A DNA stretch of 64,000 nt from Bacillota bacterium (GCA_017578085.2 PKQR02000002.1:803-64802); one strand, 5' to 3'; counted from the stretch's first letter, positions 9,711-20,927 are shown. The notes: a model not told the origin generated them from the sequence alone. Translations and numbers: made by a program.

Positions 9711-10400
9711 CTATGCGAGCCGGGCTCCGTTGATCACCAAGTGGAACCTGCAGTCGAGGAACTCCGCCGCACGCCGGGACATGATCATGCGCTGGAGGAA
9801 GATCTCAAAGTACTCGAGCACGGACGTAACTTCGGTCTCGATGGTGAGCTCCAGCGTGACGGCGCGCGCCGCGGCGTCCACCGATAGGAACGAGCGCACC
9901 ACGGCATAGTTGACGCGGTCGTGGATGTCAAAGGTCGCCGGGTCGCGGTTGCGCACCCGCGTCCGGTGCACGTCGGACTTGTCCGCCAGGATCAGGGCCG
10001 CCGACACCCGGTTGACCGGGTGGCCGTGCTCCTCCTCATGGTTGCCGATGGCGCCAAGAATGGTGGCCGCCTCGTGGGGCGGCATGCCCAGCTCGTCCAA
10101 GATGGGAGCCATCAGCACCGCTCCGGTGAGCGCGTGGCCGGCCCGCCCGATGACGTTGCCGATGTCGTGGGTGTAGCCGGCGATGGCGGCCAGCTCCGCC
10201 TCCCGGGCCGGGTAGCCCAGGCGCGTCATGACGTTGTAGGCGATCTTGGCCACCAGGCTGCAGTGGCGCTCCCCGTGTTCGGTGAAACCGATGGCGGCCA
10301 AGTGGGCGTCGGCCGCCTTGATGAAGGCGCTCACGCGCGGGTGCGCCCGCACCACGTCCAGCGTGACCGGCGCCCCAGCGCTTCCAGTACCGGAGGCCAC
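9711..10400 (-). CDS. HD-domain phosphohydrolase
   Basis: 229-aa ORF with H..HD metal-binding signature (HGERHCSLVA ... GYTHDIGN ... HEEEHGHP). No more specific assignment is possible by eye. Confidence 0.7.
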   Translation of the reverse strand: MASGTGSAGAPVTLDVVRAHPRVSAFIKAADAHLAAIGFTEHGERHCSLVAKIAYNVMTRLGYPAREAELAAIAGYTHDIGNVIGRAGHALTGAVLMAPILDELGMPPHEAATILGAIGNHEEEHGHPVNRVSAALILADKSDVHRTRVRNRDPATFDIHDRVNYAVVRSFLSVDAAARAVTLELTIETEVTSVLEYFEIFLQRMIMSRRAAEFLDCRFHLVINGARLA

Positions 10401-10403
10401 CGA

Positions 10404-10700
10404 TCAGTCACGACCCTTCACGTGTCCGACGCCCTGCCGGCTCAGGCGGATCTCCACCTTGTCGGCGATGCGCAGCTGCACCTCGTCATCTTTCAGGGCC
10501 GTGATTTCCCCGTGAATGCCGCCAACCGTAATAACCTTGTCGCCGACCTTGAGGCTGTCCAGCATTTCCTTGCGCTTCTTCTGCTGCTGCATTTGCGGGC
10601 GGATCAAGAGAAAGTAAAACACCGCAAACATGAGGATAAGGGGCAACAGCGACCCAAACATCCCCGCGGCCGTAGTTGTGTCCGCTTGCAAGAATACCAT
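10404..10700 (-). CDS. yajC: Preprotein translocase subunit YajC
   Basis: 98-aa ORF, LLPLILMFAVFYFLLIRPQMQQQKKRKEMLDSLKVGDKVITVGGIHGEI. An RBS GAGGAGTGA lies upstream. Position matches the queA-tgt-yajC synteny. Confidence 0.9.
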   Translation of the reverse strand: MVFLQADTTTAAGMFGSLLPLILMFAVFYFLLIRPQMQQQKKRKEMLDSLKVGDKVITVGGIHGEITALKDDEVQLRIADKVEIRLSRQGVGHVKGRD

Positions 10701-10736
10701 CCGTCGGTCACTCCTCGCTGGTGGGCATGGAAATTC

Positions 10737-11948
<1,212 letters not shown>

Positions 11949-12971
11949 CTAGAGGATGAGCATCGCGTCACCGAAGCTGTAGAAGCGGTAGCGCTGCCGC
12001 ACCGCCTCTTGGTACGCGGCCAGCGTCCGCTCGCGCCCCAAAAAGGCGCTGACCAGCATCAGCAACGTGGAACGGGGCAGGTGGAAATTGGTGATGAGGG
12101 CGTCCACGATCTTCCACCGGTAGCCTGGATAGATGAAAAGGTCGGTCCACCCGTCCCCGCCTCGAACCTGGCCGTCCGCGGCGCTGGCCTCCAGCGTCCG
12201 CGCGACGGTGGTGCCTACCGCCACCACGCGCCGCCCCTCCCGCTTGGCGGCGTTCACGGCCTCCGCCGTGGCCTCCGGCACGGAAAAGTACTCGGCGTGC
12301 ATGCGATGCTCTTCCACCCGCTCCACCTGGACGGGCCGGAAAGTCCCTAGGCCCACGTGCAAGGTGAGGTGGACGACCTCAACGCCCATCCGTTCAAGTC
12401 TCTCCAAGAGCTCCGTTGTAAAGTGCAGGCCCGCAGTGGGGGCGGCCGCCGAACCGGCGTCCCGGGCGTACACGGTCTGGTAGCGCTCGGGATCGGCAAG
12501 GGGCGCCCGGATGTAGGGCGGCAGGGGCACCTGCCCCAGCTCCCGCAGGCGCTCGTCCAGATCATCCGCGGGCACAAACCGCAGCACGCGGCCGCCGGCT
12601 TCGGTGCGGTCGATGACGTGGGCCGACAGCTGCCCCTCGCCAAACACGATCTGGGTCCCCACCGGCAGCCGCCGGCCCGGGCGCACCAGGGCCTCCCACG
12701 TATCGGGCCCGCGCCGCTGGAGAAGCAGCACCTCCACCCGCCCGCCCGTTGACGCCTTGACACCAAACAGGCGCGCCGGCATGACGCGCGTGTCGTTGAG
12801 GACGAGTACGTCCCCCGCGCGCAAGTATTGGGGCAGATCCCGGAAAACCCGGTGCTCCATGCGGCCGGTGTCCCGGTGCACCACCAGGAGCCGCGCCGCA
12901 TCCCGCGGCTCCACCGGGGTTTGGGCGATCAGTTCCTCAGGCAGTTCGTAATCGAAATCGCTGACGCGCAA
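11949..12971 (-). CDS. queA: S-adenosylmethionine:tRNA ribosyltransferase-isomerase
   Basis: 340-aa ORF, MRVSDFDYELPEELIAQTPVEPRDAARLLV .. GLHFT .. VAVGTTVARTLE .. FYSFGDAMLI. Confidence 0.95.
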   Translation of the reverse strand: MRVSDFDYELPEELIAQTPVEPRDAARLLVVHRDTGRMEHRVFRDLPQYLRAGDVLVLNDTRVMPARLFGVKASTGGRVEVLLLQRRGPDTWEALVRPGRRLPVGTQIVFGEGQLSAHVIDRTEAGGRVLRFVPADDLDERLRELGQVPLPPYIRAPLADPERYQTVYARDAGSAAAPTAGLHFTTELLERLERMGVEVVHLTLHVGLGTFRPVQVERVEEHRMHAEYFSVPEATAEAVNAAKREGRRVVAVGTTVARTLEASAADGQVRGGDGWTDLFIYPGYRWKIVDALITNFHLPRSTLLMLVSAFLGRERTLAAYQEAVRQRYRFYSFGDAMLIL

Positions 12972-13001
12972 CGGTTTCTCTCCTCACGGCCGGGGCACGG
13001 C

Positions 13002-13034
13002 GGAAAGCCAAAGACCCCGGCACCGGCCGGGGTC
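13002..13034 (-). terminator. Putative intrinsic terminator after era
   Basis: The minus strand reads GACCCCGG-ccggtg-CCGGGGTC followed by tttggctttcc, immediately after the era stop and before the queA RBS. Confidence 0.4.
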
Positions 13035-13036
13035 CA

Positions 13037-13927
13037 TTAGCGGTACCCCAACTCCTGCAGGGCGCCGGGACGGTCCCGCCAGCCCGGTTTCGTCTTGACC
13101 CACAGCTGCAGGTTGATCTGGCTGCCCAGAAGCGCCTCGATCTCCATGCGGGCCATGCGGCCGATTTCTTTGAGCATGCGCCCGCCCTGGCCGATGATGA
13201 TGCCCTTCTGGCTGTCCCGCTCCACGATGATGGTGGCGTGGATGTCCACCAGGTCCCGGTCCGGGCGCTTGCGCATCTCCTCCACCACCACCGTCACCGA
13301 GTGGGGCACTTCCTCTTGGGTATGGTGAAACACCTGCTCCCGGATGAGCTCGGCCACCAAGAATTCCTCCGGCCGGTCCGTGACCCACTCGTCGGGGAAG
13401 TACTTGGGCCCTTCGGGCAACTGGGCCACAAGCCAATCCACAAGCTCAGCCGTTCCCTCGCCGGTCAAGGCGGAAACGGGCGCCACATGGGCGAACGTAC
13501 CCAGCTCCGCAAAGGCCTGCACGGCAGCGGCCCGGTCCTTGACGAGATCCATCTTGTTGACGACCAAGGCCGTGGGCGTGTTGACGGTGGCCAGTTCCTT
13601 GGCGATGAGCCGGTCGCCCGAGCGCACCCCGCTCGCGCCGTCGACGACGAACAGGATGACGTCCACTTCATTCCAGGTGGCCCGCGCCACCTTCACCATG
13701 TAGTCGCCCAGCAGGTGCTTGGGCTTGTGCACGCCTGGGGTGTCGATGAACACCACCTGCGCGTCGGGCCGCGTCAGCACCGCCTGGATCCGGTGCCGCG
13801 TCGTCTGCGGCTTGTCCGACACGATGGCCACCTTGGCCCCGACCACCATGTTGAGCAGCGTGGACTTACCTACGTTGGGCCGGCCGATGATGGCCGCAAA
13901 CCCGGAGCGCACCTTCGTCCCTTCCAC
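13037..13927 (-). CDS. era: GTPase Era
   Basis: 296-aa ORF with G1 GRPNVGKST, G3 DTPG, G4 NKMD and a C-terminal KH domain (..IIGQGGRMLKEIG..). Confidence 0.95.
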   Translation of the reverse strand: MEGTKVRSGFAAIIGRPNVGKSTLLNMVVGAKVAIVSDKPQTTRHRIQAVLTRPDAQVVFIDTPGVHKPKHLLGDYMVKVARATWNEVDVILFVVDGASGVRSGDRLIAKELATVNTPTALVVNKMDLVKDRAAAVQAFAELGTFAHVAPVSALTGEGTAELVDWLVAQLPEGPKYFPDEWVTDRPEEFLVAELIREQVFHHTQEEVPHSVTVVVEEMRKRPDRDLVDIHATIIVERDSQKGIIIGQGGRMLKEIGRMARMEIEALLGSQINLQLWVKTKPGWRDRPGALQELGYR

Positions 13928-13930
13928 CGC

Positions 13931-14848
13931 TTACCCTTCCTCCCGCGGCGACAGGTGAAACGCCCCCGGGAAAAGGTCTTTGAGCGTCAGCACCCGCCGC
14001 TCGCCCTTCACGTTGGCCAGTATCACCGGCAGATCCTCGGCAGCGAACTCCGCGATGCTCTGCCGGCAGATGCCGCACGGGGGGGCGGGCGGATCGGCAT
14101 CCGTCACCACCGCGAGGGCCCGGAATTGCCGGTGGCCTGCAGCCACGGCGGTTCCCAGCGCCACCCGCTCGGCGCACATCGTCGCCCCGTAAGAGGCGTT
14201 TTCGACGTTGCAGCCGGTGACGATCTCCCCTGAGGCCGTCAAGAGCGCGGCGCCCACCTGAAACTCGGAATAGGGCGCGTAGGCGCGCTCGCGCGCCGCC
14301 CTGGCCGCAGCCACAAGCCTATCCATCTCAGCTGCCGACAACGCCGCCACCTTCGCCGTTTGCTGCCCGCTCCCCGCCGCACCTGCCTGTCCGCTGGGCG
14401 CGTGCACGGCCATCACCTTCCTTGTGACCGGCGGCGCCAGCAAGAGGGCGGCCACAAGGCCTCCCGCAGGTACGGCCGCCAGCGCCGGCGGCAAATAGGG
14501 TCGAAAGACCAAGTACCCGATGACCACGGCGGCGGCGGCCAGGACCAAGACGCCTCCCGCCGCGACGTTCTTCGCCGCCCCGGCCAGCGGGTGGAAATCG
14601 GGCGTCACGAGATCAACCGCAGCCTCGACGGCCGTGTTGAAGAGCTCGGCGGCCAAGACGGTCCCGATGGCCACCACCAGGAGGGCGAGCCCGGCCCCCG
14701 AGACGCCCACCGCCCAGGCCACCAGCGCCACCAGCGCCGCCGCGGCCACGTGGATGCGCACGTTGCGCTGGGTGCGGAACGCGTAGGCGATGCCCTCAAG
14801 GGCGAACCGGAAACTCTCACCCAACGTACGGGCGCGCATGGGACTCAT
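13931..14848 (-). CDS. Fused diacylglycerol/undecaprenol kinase (DgkA-type membrane kinase) and cytidine deaminase in one uninterrupted frame
   Basis: The N-terminal half is FRFALEGIAYAFRTQRNVRIHVAAA..AAELFNTAVEAAVDLV..AKNVAAGGVLV (DgkA family). The C-terminal half is ..AYAPYSEFQVGAALLTASGEIVTGCNVENASYGATMCAERVAL...PCGICRQ (Cdd zinc motifs CAE and PCG.CRQ). No stop codon separates them. I chose ATG 14848 as the start; GTG 14881, overlapping the ybeY stop as GTGA, is an alternative. An in-frame internal ATG at 14413, preceded by AAGGAaggtg, could also initiate a separate Cdd. Confidence 0.75.
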   Translation of the reverse strand: MSPMRARTLGESFRFALEGIAYAFRTQRNVRIHVAAAALVALVAWAVGVSGAGLALLVVAIGTVLAAELFNTAVEAAVDLVTPDFHPLAGAAKNVAAGGVLVLAAAAVVIGYLVFRPYLPPALAAVPAGGLVAALLLAPPVTRKVMAVHAPSGQAGAAGSGQQTAKVAALSAAEMDRLVAAARAARERAYAPYSEFQVGAALLTASGEIVTGCNVENASYGATMCAERVALGTAVAAGHRQFRALAVVTDADPPAPPCGICRQSIAEFAAEDLPVILANVKGERRVLTLKDLFPGAFHLSPREEG

Positions 14849-14877
14849 CGGCTGATCACCGGCCACTGCGTCCTGTT

Positions 14878-15372
14878 TCACCGCACCAGGCCCGCCTCGG
14901 CCAAAATCGCCTCTTCCCGCTGGCGCATGGCCTGCCGGGCCGCCTCCTCCTCGTGGTCGTAGCCCAAGAGGTGCAGCACGCCGTGGACGCACAAGTACGC
15001 GAGTTCCCGGTCTACCCCGTGCCCGTACTCTTCCGCCTGCCGGATCGCCGTCGGCACCGAGATGACCACATCGCCCAAAAGCAGGGGCCGCTCCGGGTAA
15101 CGCTCCGGGTGGAGGCGCAAGTCGGCAATCTCCTCCGGCTCCCAGATGGGAAAAGAGAGCACATCGGTGGGCGCATCCTTGCCCCGGTAGTCGCGGTTGA
15201 GGGCCTGGATCTCGTCGTCGTCCACCAGCGTCACGGAAACTTCGGCATAAGGAGGCATGCCCTCGGCGGCCAAGGCCGCCGCCGCAACCGCCTCCAGCCG
15301 CTTGAGGATCGCCTCATCGACAGCTACCGCCGAACGGTTAACAAGCACCACATCCACCCGCGACCACCTCAT
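14878..15372 (-). CDS. ybeY: rRNA maturation endoribonuclease YbeY
   Basis: 164-aa ORF with the metalloprotease-like motif [11 protein letters not shown]. Its ATGA overlaps the stop of the upstream gene. Confidence 0.9.
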   Translation of the reverse strand: MRWSRVDVVLVNRSAVAVDEAILKRLEAVAAAALAAEGMPPYAEVSVTLVDDDEIQALNRDYRGKDAPTDVLSFPIWEPEEIADLRLHPERYPERPLLLGDVVISVPTAIRQAEEYGHGVDRELAYLCVHGVLHLLGYDHEEEAARQAMRQREEAILAEAGLVR

Positions 15373-17690
15373 CGGCCTGCGCTGACGCCCTGCGGGCTTG
15401 CGGCTCCCTGGCGCTGCAGTTCCTGGTCTTTGCCAGGCACCTCCGGGTACTCGACCCGCTTGTGGTAAATGCCCGTCAATACCCGCACAAAGGCTTCGGC
15501 GATCTTGTCCAGGTCCCGCAGCGTCAGGTCGCTCTCATCCAGCTCTCCGGCTTCCAGCCGTTCCTTGATGATGCGCCGGACCAGCCCTTCAATGCGCCCG
15601 GGCGTCGGCCGGCCCAGGGAACGCACCGACGCTTCCACCGCGTCGGCAAGCATGACGACCGCGATTTCCTTGGACTGGGGCTTGGGCCCGGGATAGCGGA
15701 AATCCCGCTCGTCCACAGACTCACCCTTGGCGTTTTCCACGGCCTTTTGGTAGAAGTACTTGACCAGATCGGTCCCGTGGTGCTGCCGGATGAAGTCCAC
15801 GATCACCTCAGGCAGCTTGTACTCCCGCGCCAGTTCCACCCCGTCCCGCACATGGGAGATGATGATCAAGGTGCTCAGGCTGGGCGAGATCTTGTCGTGA
15901 GGGTTCTCGCCGACGAACTGGTTTTCCACGAAGAAATAGGGCCGTTTGGTCTTGCCGATGTCGTGGTACAAGGCCCCTACCCGGACCAAGAGCTGGTCCG
16001 CGCCGATAACCTCCGCCGCCGCTTCCGCCAGATTGCCCACGAGGATGCTGTGGTGATACGTGCCCGGCGCCTCCATGAGGAGCTTGCGCAAGAGCGGGTG
16101 GTTGGGGTTGGACAGCTCCAGGAGGCGAATGGACGACGTGATGCCAAACAGCGCCTCCAGGTACGGCAACAGGCCGATGGTGCCCACGGCGGAGACGATC
16201 CCGTTGAGCAGCCCCAAGAACGAGTACTGGATCAGGAACATGTCGCTGCGCATGAGGCCTAATGCGACCATCATCAGGAAACACGCGCCGCCGACGATGA
16301 GGCCGGCCCGCGTCAAGTCCGACCGCTGGCTTACCCGGGAGACGCTGTAGACCCCGGCCACCCCGCCGGCCAACCCGACAAGAAAGTAGCGCCCGTCAAA
16401 CCCAAAGAGGGCCGCCAGCATACCCGACAACACGACGGTCACGACGATGGCCAGCCTCGAGTCCAAAAGGAGCGTGACCAACAGGCCGGCCAACCCGACG
16501 GGCACCAGCAGGGCCGTGCCCTGCCAGTTGATGAAGCTGCCCACCTTGGCCAAGCCCGCGACCAGCAGCACGATGAGCCCCAGCAGCAACAGCTGCCGTT
16601 CGCTCATGAGGATGTCGCGGCGGTTTTGATACAAGTAGACCCCGACGACCGAAAACAGGAGCAACAGCAGCACCGCATGGCCCGCCAGCTGCCCGTAGCT
16701 GTACCGGCCGTCCAGCAGGCCCAGATCCTGCAGCAACATGATGTGCTCAGGGCCTACCGGGTCGCCGCGGCGGATGATGATCTGGCCTTCCCGCACCCGC
16801 ACCTCGGCCACGGCGCGCATGGCCTCCTGGCGAGCCCGCTCCATCCGCTCGGGGCTCGGGATCAGGTTGGGCCGGATGACCGCCTGCACCACGGCGCCGA
16901 CGAATTCCCGCTCCCCGTCTGGCAAGCTGCGGATCTGCGCCAGGGTCGGGACGGCCTCCCGCTCCCGCTCCAGGTCGTCGCTGCCGATCCGGCGGCGGAG
17001 CATGACGTCGCTGGCAATCCGCAGGGTCCGGTCTTCAAGGGCCGCCCGGGCTTCGTCGCTCAGCTGCAGCGCGTATTTTAGGACCTGGGCCCCCACGGCC
17101 ACATCTTGCTCGGACAAGAGTTCCTCGGCTTCTGCCGCCAGCCGGTCCCAGGGCAAGGCAGGGACGACCGGCGGTGCGCTTGCTGCCCCCTCGCCTACTT
17201 CAGGAGACGCAGCGGGCGCCTGGCCGGCGTCGATTTCGGCGGCCGCGTTCAATTCCGCCAAGGCCGCCTGCCGCACCGAGTTGATCACCTGGAAGATGAG
17301 CTTTACCCGTTCCTCGCTGCGCAAAGCTTCCGCCGGGTTGATCTCCCAGTTGACGGGATCGAGTTCCGCCTCGCGCACGGCTTCGCGGGCGGCCTGTTCC
17401 CGCAAGAGCTCGGTCCGGTACCGGTCCACCACGTCCCGGGGAGCGACCACGTCGCGGGTCGCCACGTCCCCCACTTGCCAGTTGAGCGCGTCGGGTGCGG
17501 TGTTGGCCGTCATGAGCGCCAGCAGCACCACATACATTACGCCTGCGAGCGCAGCGCGCCGGGCCGGGCTCGGCCTGGAGAGAAAGCCTCGGACGGGTTC
17601 CCACACCGACGCGCGCAAAGACGCCCACACGGCGTGGGCGCCTCCTTGGCGGCCGGCACCTTGACCGCTGCCGTTAGCTTTCCTGGACAT
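15369..17690 (-). CDS. pgpH: 7TM-receptor HD-domain phosphohydrolase (PgpH/YqfF-like, candidate c-di-AMP phosphodiesterase)
   Basis: The large ORF has an N-terminal extracellular region, a multi-TM block and a C-terminal HD domain ([25 protein letters not shown]). Position between phoH and ybeY matches B. subtilis yqfF. I chose ATG 17690 as the start; 17699 or 17741 are also possible. Confidence 0.8.
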   Translation of the reverse strand: MSRKANGSGQGAGRQGGAHAVWASLRASVWEPVRGFLSRPSPARRAALAGVMYVVLLALMTANTAPDALNWQVGDVATRDVVAPRDVVDRYRTELLREQAAREAVREAELDPVNWEINPAEALRSEERVKLIFQVINSVRQAALAELNAAAEIDAGQAPAASPEVGEGAASAPPVVPALPWDRLAAEAEELLSEQDVAVGAQVLKYALQLSDEARAALEDRTLRIASDVMLRRRIGSDDLEREREAVPTLAQIRSLPDGEREFVGAVVQAVIRPNLIPSPERMERARQEAMRAVAEVRVREGQIIIRRGDPVGPEHIMLLQDLGLLDGRYSYGQLAGHAVLLLLLFSVVGVYLYQNRRDILMSERQLLLLGLIVLLVAGLAKVGSFINWQGTALLVPVGLAGLLVTLLLDSRLAIVVTVVLSGMLAALFGFDGRYFLVGLAGGVAGVYSVSRVSQRSDLTRAGLIVGGACFLMMVALGLMRSDMFLIQYSFLGLLNGIVSAVGTIGLLPYLEALFGITSSIRLLELSNPNHPLLRKLLMEAPGTYHHSILVGNLAEAAAEVIGADQLLVRVGALYHDIGKTKRPYFFVENQFVGENPHDKISPSLSTLIIISHVRDGVELAREYKLPEVIVDFIRQHHGTDLVKYFYQKAVENAKGESVDERDFRYPGPKPQSKEIAVVMLADAVEASVRSLGRPTPGRIEGLVRRIIKERLEAGELDESDLTLRDLDKIAEAFVRVLTGIYHKRVEYPEVPGKDQELQRQGAASPQGVSAGR

Positions 17691-18702
17691 GTGCGTCATC
17701 TCCCGCCGCTTTCGCACGCAAGCCCAAGCGGGCTTGGGCACGGCGCTGCTCGTCCCGCTCGTAGGCGCGGATGATCGTCTGCACCAGCTCGTGCCGGACC
17801 ACGTCCGCGTCCGACAGTTCGATGAAGGGGATACCCGTGTCCGCCAAGACGGTGCGGGCGTGGGCCAGCCCCGACACTTGGCCCGGCGGCAGGTCGATCT
17901 GGGTCAGGTCGCCCGTCACCACCATCCGCGAGCGCAGGCCCATGCGGGTGAGGAACATCTTCATCTGCTCGGGCGTCGTGTTCTGCGCCTCATCCAGGAT
18001 GATGAAGGCGTCCTCCAGCGTCCGGCCGCGCATATAAGCCAGCGGGGCCACTTCAATGACGCCCCGCTCCACGTGCCGCTGGTACGTTTCCGCGCCGACA
18101 ATATCGTACAAAGCGTCGTACAGCGGCCGCAAGTACGGATCGACCTTCTCCAGCAGGTCGCCGGGCAAGAAGCCGAGCCGCTCGCCGGCCTCGACCGCCG
18201 GCCGCGTCAGCACGATCCGCGTCACGGAGCGTTCCTTGAGGGCCGCGATGGCGACGGCCACGGCCAAGTACGTCTTGCCCGTCCCCGCGGGCCCGATGGC
18301 AAATACGAGGCTGTGGCGCCGCATGGCGTCCACGTACCGCTTCTGCCCGAGGGTGCGGGGCGTTACCGGACGCCCGCGGGCCGAAAACACCACCACGTCC
18401 CGGTGGATGTCGGCCAGCCGCGTGCCGTTGCCATGGGTTGCCAGGCGCAGGGCGTAGCGAACTTCCTGGGTGGTCAGATAGGGGCGCTGGCGGGAGACCT
18501 CCGCCAGATCGTGCAGCACCCGCAGGGCCATGTCAACCGCTGACGGGTCGCCGGAGATGGCGAGGGTGTTTCCCCGGGGCACGATGGTGACCCGCAGCTC
18601 CCGCTCGATGGTGCGCAGGTGCTCGTCTCGCTCGCCAAAAACGCCTAGGGCCGCCGCATTGTCGTCGACGACGAACTTGGCTTCTGCCACGGCTTTGCTC
18701 AA
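17674..18702 (-). CDS. phoH: PhoH-like ATPase
   Basis: Walker A GPAGTGKTYLAV and a PhoH signature ..LGFLPGDL.EKVDPYLRPLYDAL..RGRTL..FIILDEAQN. The ORF 17674..18840 was trimmed because its 5' part overlaps yqfD. I chose TTG 18702, downstream of GGAGGGG; the start is uncertain. Confidence 0.85.
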   Translation of the reverse strand: MSKAVAEAKFVVDDNAAALGVFGERDEHLRTIERELRVTIVPRGNTLAISGDPSAVDMALRVLHDLAEVSRQRPYLTTQEVRYALRLATHGNGTRLADIHRDVVVFSARGRPVTPRTLGQKRYVDAMRRHSLVFAIGPAGTGKTYLAVAVAIAALKERSVTRIVLTRPAVEAGERLGFLPGDLLEKVDPYLRPLYDALYDIVGAETYQRHVERGVIEVAPLAYMRGRTLEDAFIILDEAQNTTPEQMKMFLTRMGLRSRMVVTGDLTQIDLPPGQVSGLAHARTVLADTGIPFIELSDADVVRHELVQTIIRAYERDEQRRAQARLGLRAKAAGDDAHVQES

Positions 18703-18728
18703 ACTCGCGGGTACCCCTCCTCGATCAA

Positions 18729-19946
18729 TCAGCGTGCACCGGCCGCGACCGGCTCGCCGACGGGGGCAAACCGTCCCAGATCCTGCAGCACTTCCACCGT
18801 TACCGCCGCACGCACGACGCCGGCGGCCGGATCTTCCCACACTGAAACCTGCTCGTCCAGCACGTCTACGCCCGCGGGCAGCTGGCCCAGGGCGTGCTCC
18901 CGCGCCGTGGCCACGGCGGCCGCACGCGCGGTGCCAGCATCCTGCGGCTGCTCAAGACGCCGGATCTCATGCCCCACGTGCCACGTGGCCGAAACGCCGG
19001 GCAGCCAACGGGGCGCCGCCGTTCGCTGCTCCCAGCGCACCAAGGCGAACGGCGCCTCCGGGCGACCGATCCGCCACTCCCGCTCCCCAATCTTGATGCT
19101 CAGGTAGCGGTGTACCCGCCCGGTATCTTCTTCGTAAACGAGCACGAGGGGCGCTTCCCCCAGGCCCCGGTACCACGTCCTGCCCCGCACGACGCCTTCC
19201 GCCCGAACGTAGGGCAATTGACCTTGCCCGATCCGTTCCAGGTAGTCGGCGCTGCCAGGGGCGAGCATGCCGCTGATGAGCGGCTGGCCGGCCCGTACGG
19301 TTTCGCCGGGAGCGACCAGCGCTTGGCCCCGGATGGCCGCTACCCGCTCCACCACGCCGTCCCGCGCCGCCACGATGTGGCCGGGCTGGTGCAGGTCTGC
19401 ATCCAGGACGGCCCGCTCCGCGACGCGCACGGTCGCCACGGCCCCGCGCACCTCCACCGAGGCCCAGGCCAGGCGCGGGATGGCGAGGTACAAGCGCCGC
19501 TCGACGACGTCCCGCTGCACCTCGTCCCGCCGCACCCCAGGCCTTAAACCGGCATGTGCGGCCGCGGCCAGGATTTCCCCGTGCGGCACCGCGTCCGCCC
19601 CGTCCACCCGCACAAACCAGACGAACTGGCCCAGCACGTACAAGAGCGCCGCGAACAGGAACCCGCCGGCGACGAAGGCGTGCCGGCGGCCGGCGCGAAT
19701 GAACAGAAACGGCAGCCCGGCCTTGTGCAGGATGGCCACGTCCACGCCGAGGCGCCGGGCTGTCCGCGCCAGCCGCAAGAAGTCGCCCGCCGCCACCCGG
19801 GCCACGAGCAGCTGGGGCCCCGCCCGCTCCAGTTGCCACAAGGCGATTCCTTGGGCGACGGCGCGGTTAATGAAGGTTTCCAGCGGCCCGCCTCGCGCTC
19901 TGATTATAACATATCCCCTGAATAGCGACGACAAGGCGCGCAGCAA
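18729..19946 (-). CDS. yqfD: Sporulation protein YqfD
   Basis: 405-aa ORF, MLRALSSLFRGYVIIRARGGPLETFINRAVAQGIALW.. with a central TM segment. The TTG start is preceded by TAGGAGG. It lies directly downstream of yqfC as in Bacillus. Confidence 0.8.
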   Translation of the reverse strand: MLRALSSLFRGYVIIRARGGPLETFINRAVAQGIALWQLERAGPQLLVARVAAGDFLRLARTARRLGVDVAILHKAGLPFLFIRAGRRHAFVAGGFLFAALLYVLGQFVWFVRVDGADAVPHGEILAAAAHAGLRPGVRRDEVQRDVVERRLYLAIPRLAWASVEVRGAVATVRVAERAVLDADLHQPGHIVAARDGVVERVAAIRGQALVAPGETVRAGQPLISGMLAPGSADYLERIGQGQLPYVRAEGVVRGRTWYRGLGEAPLVLVYEEDTGRVHRYLSIKIGEREWRIGRPEAPFALVRWEQRTAAPRWLPGVSATWHVGHEIRRLEQPQDAGTARAAAVATAREHALGQLPAGVDVLDEQVSVWEDPAAGVVRAAVTVEVLQDLGRFAPVGEPVAAGAR

Positions 19947-19957
19947 GGACGGGCCTC

Positions 19958-20236
19958 CTAGCGGCGCAGCTCTACCTGCAGGATGCGCCCGTCCACGACC
20001 AGTTCCTGGGGAAGGATGCTGCCGATGCGCAGGCGGGAGCCGGCCACCACCAGCTCCCCGCGGGCGGTGCGGATCCGGATCTCCCGGGGGCTGTATTTGA
20101 TAAGCCCACGGTGGTTTTCCACCAGCACCTGCACATCGCCGATGAGCGTCGTTTTGGGCAGACCGAAGATGATATCTTGAGGCAAGTCCAGGGCGCTGAC
20201 GAGACGCTCCACCACGGTGCCGCGCTTGGGTTCCAC
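19958..20236 (-). CDS. yqfC: Sporulation protein YqfC
   Basis: The C-terminal 92 codons of ORF 19958..20464 read VEPKRGTVVERLVSALDLPQDIIFGLPKTTLIGDVQVLVENHRGLIKYSPREIRIRT..RLRIGSI (YqfC/YabP-like). GTG 20236 is preceded by AGGAGGG 6 nt upstream. Confidence 0.8.
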   Translation of the reverse strand: MEPKRGTVVERLVSALDLPQDIIFGLPKTTLIGDVQVLVENHRGLIKYSPREIRIRTARGELVVAGSRLRIGSILPQELVVDGRILQVELRR

Positions 20237-20277
20237 GGTCGTCCCTCCTGCGACACCGTATGCAGAACCCGGCGCCG

Positions 20278-20883
20278 CTAGACCCGCGGCCACACCCTGT
20301 AAGGACGCAAGGCGCGCGGCGGGTCCAGGATTTCTCTCATCACCACTGCCGCCAGCCACGGCTGGCCCTTGCGGACGAACGCCGCGACGGCAGGCGGCAG
20401 GCCCGCCGCAGGCCGCCGCCGCCGGGCGGCCGGCCGAGGCGCCGGTGCCGCCGGCACACCCCAATCTCCGCCCAAATCGTCATCAAACGGCACGCCCCGG
20501 ACGCTGGGCGCCATGGTCGACGGCCGGACCGTCGGCTTGGCGGGCTGCACGGCGCGCGCCGCCGTCGGCCGCACCGTCCGGGCTGCTGGCGCCACCGGTG
20601 CCTCTAACGGGGACCCCGGCCCCATCGGTCCCTCCAACGGGGATGCGGGCCCCACCGGTCCATCCCAGGAGGAGGCCGGCGGCTGCGGCCGCCCGAGCCG
20701 CTCCTCCCTTGCCCGCCGCAGCCGCCGTTCCAGCTCCTCCATGTCGAGAACGAGTTCGGGATCCTCCTCGGTCCCGTTGGGGGCACCAGGACCCGCCGAC
20801 CGCCGCAGCAGGCCGCTCAAAACGGACCCCAGGACGTAGAGGAAAAACACCAGCAGCAGGCTAAACAGCTCGTCAAGTCCCAC
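20278..20883 (-). CDS. Hypothetical membrane-anchored Pro/Ala/Arg-rich protein (occupies the yqfB slot between floA and yqfC)
   Basis: 201-aa ORF. GTG 20883 is preceded by GGGAGGTGA 6 nt upstream. The protein has an N-terminal TM (LFSLLLVFFLYVLGSVLSGLL), a charged helix, a long low-complexity P/A region, and a C-terminal motif KGQPWLAAVVMREILDPPRAL. I recognise no family. Confidence 0.5.
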   Translation of the reverse strand: MGLDELFSLLLVFFLYVLGSVLSGLLRRSAGPGAPNGTEEDPELVLDMEELERRLRRAREERLGRPQPPASSWDGPVGPASPLEGPMGPGSPLEAPVAPAARTVRPTAARAVQPAKPTVRPSTMAPSVRGVPFDDDLGGDWGVPAAPAPRPAARRRRPAAGLPPAVAAFVRKGQPWLAAVVMREILDPPRALRPYRVWPRV

Positions 20884-20927
20884 AGTCCGTCACCTCCCGT
20901 CCCGGGCCCTCCCATTCCGTCGTTCCG

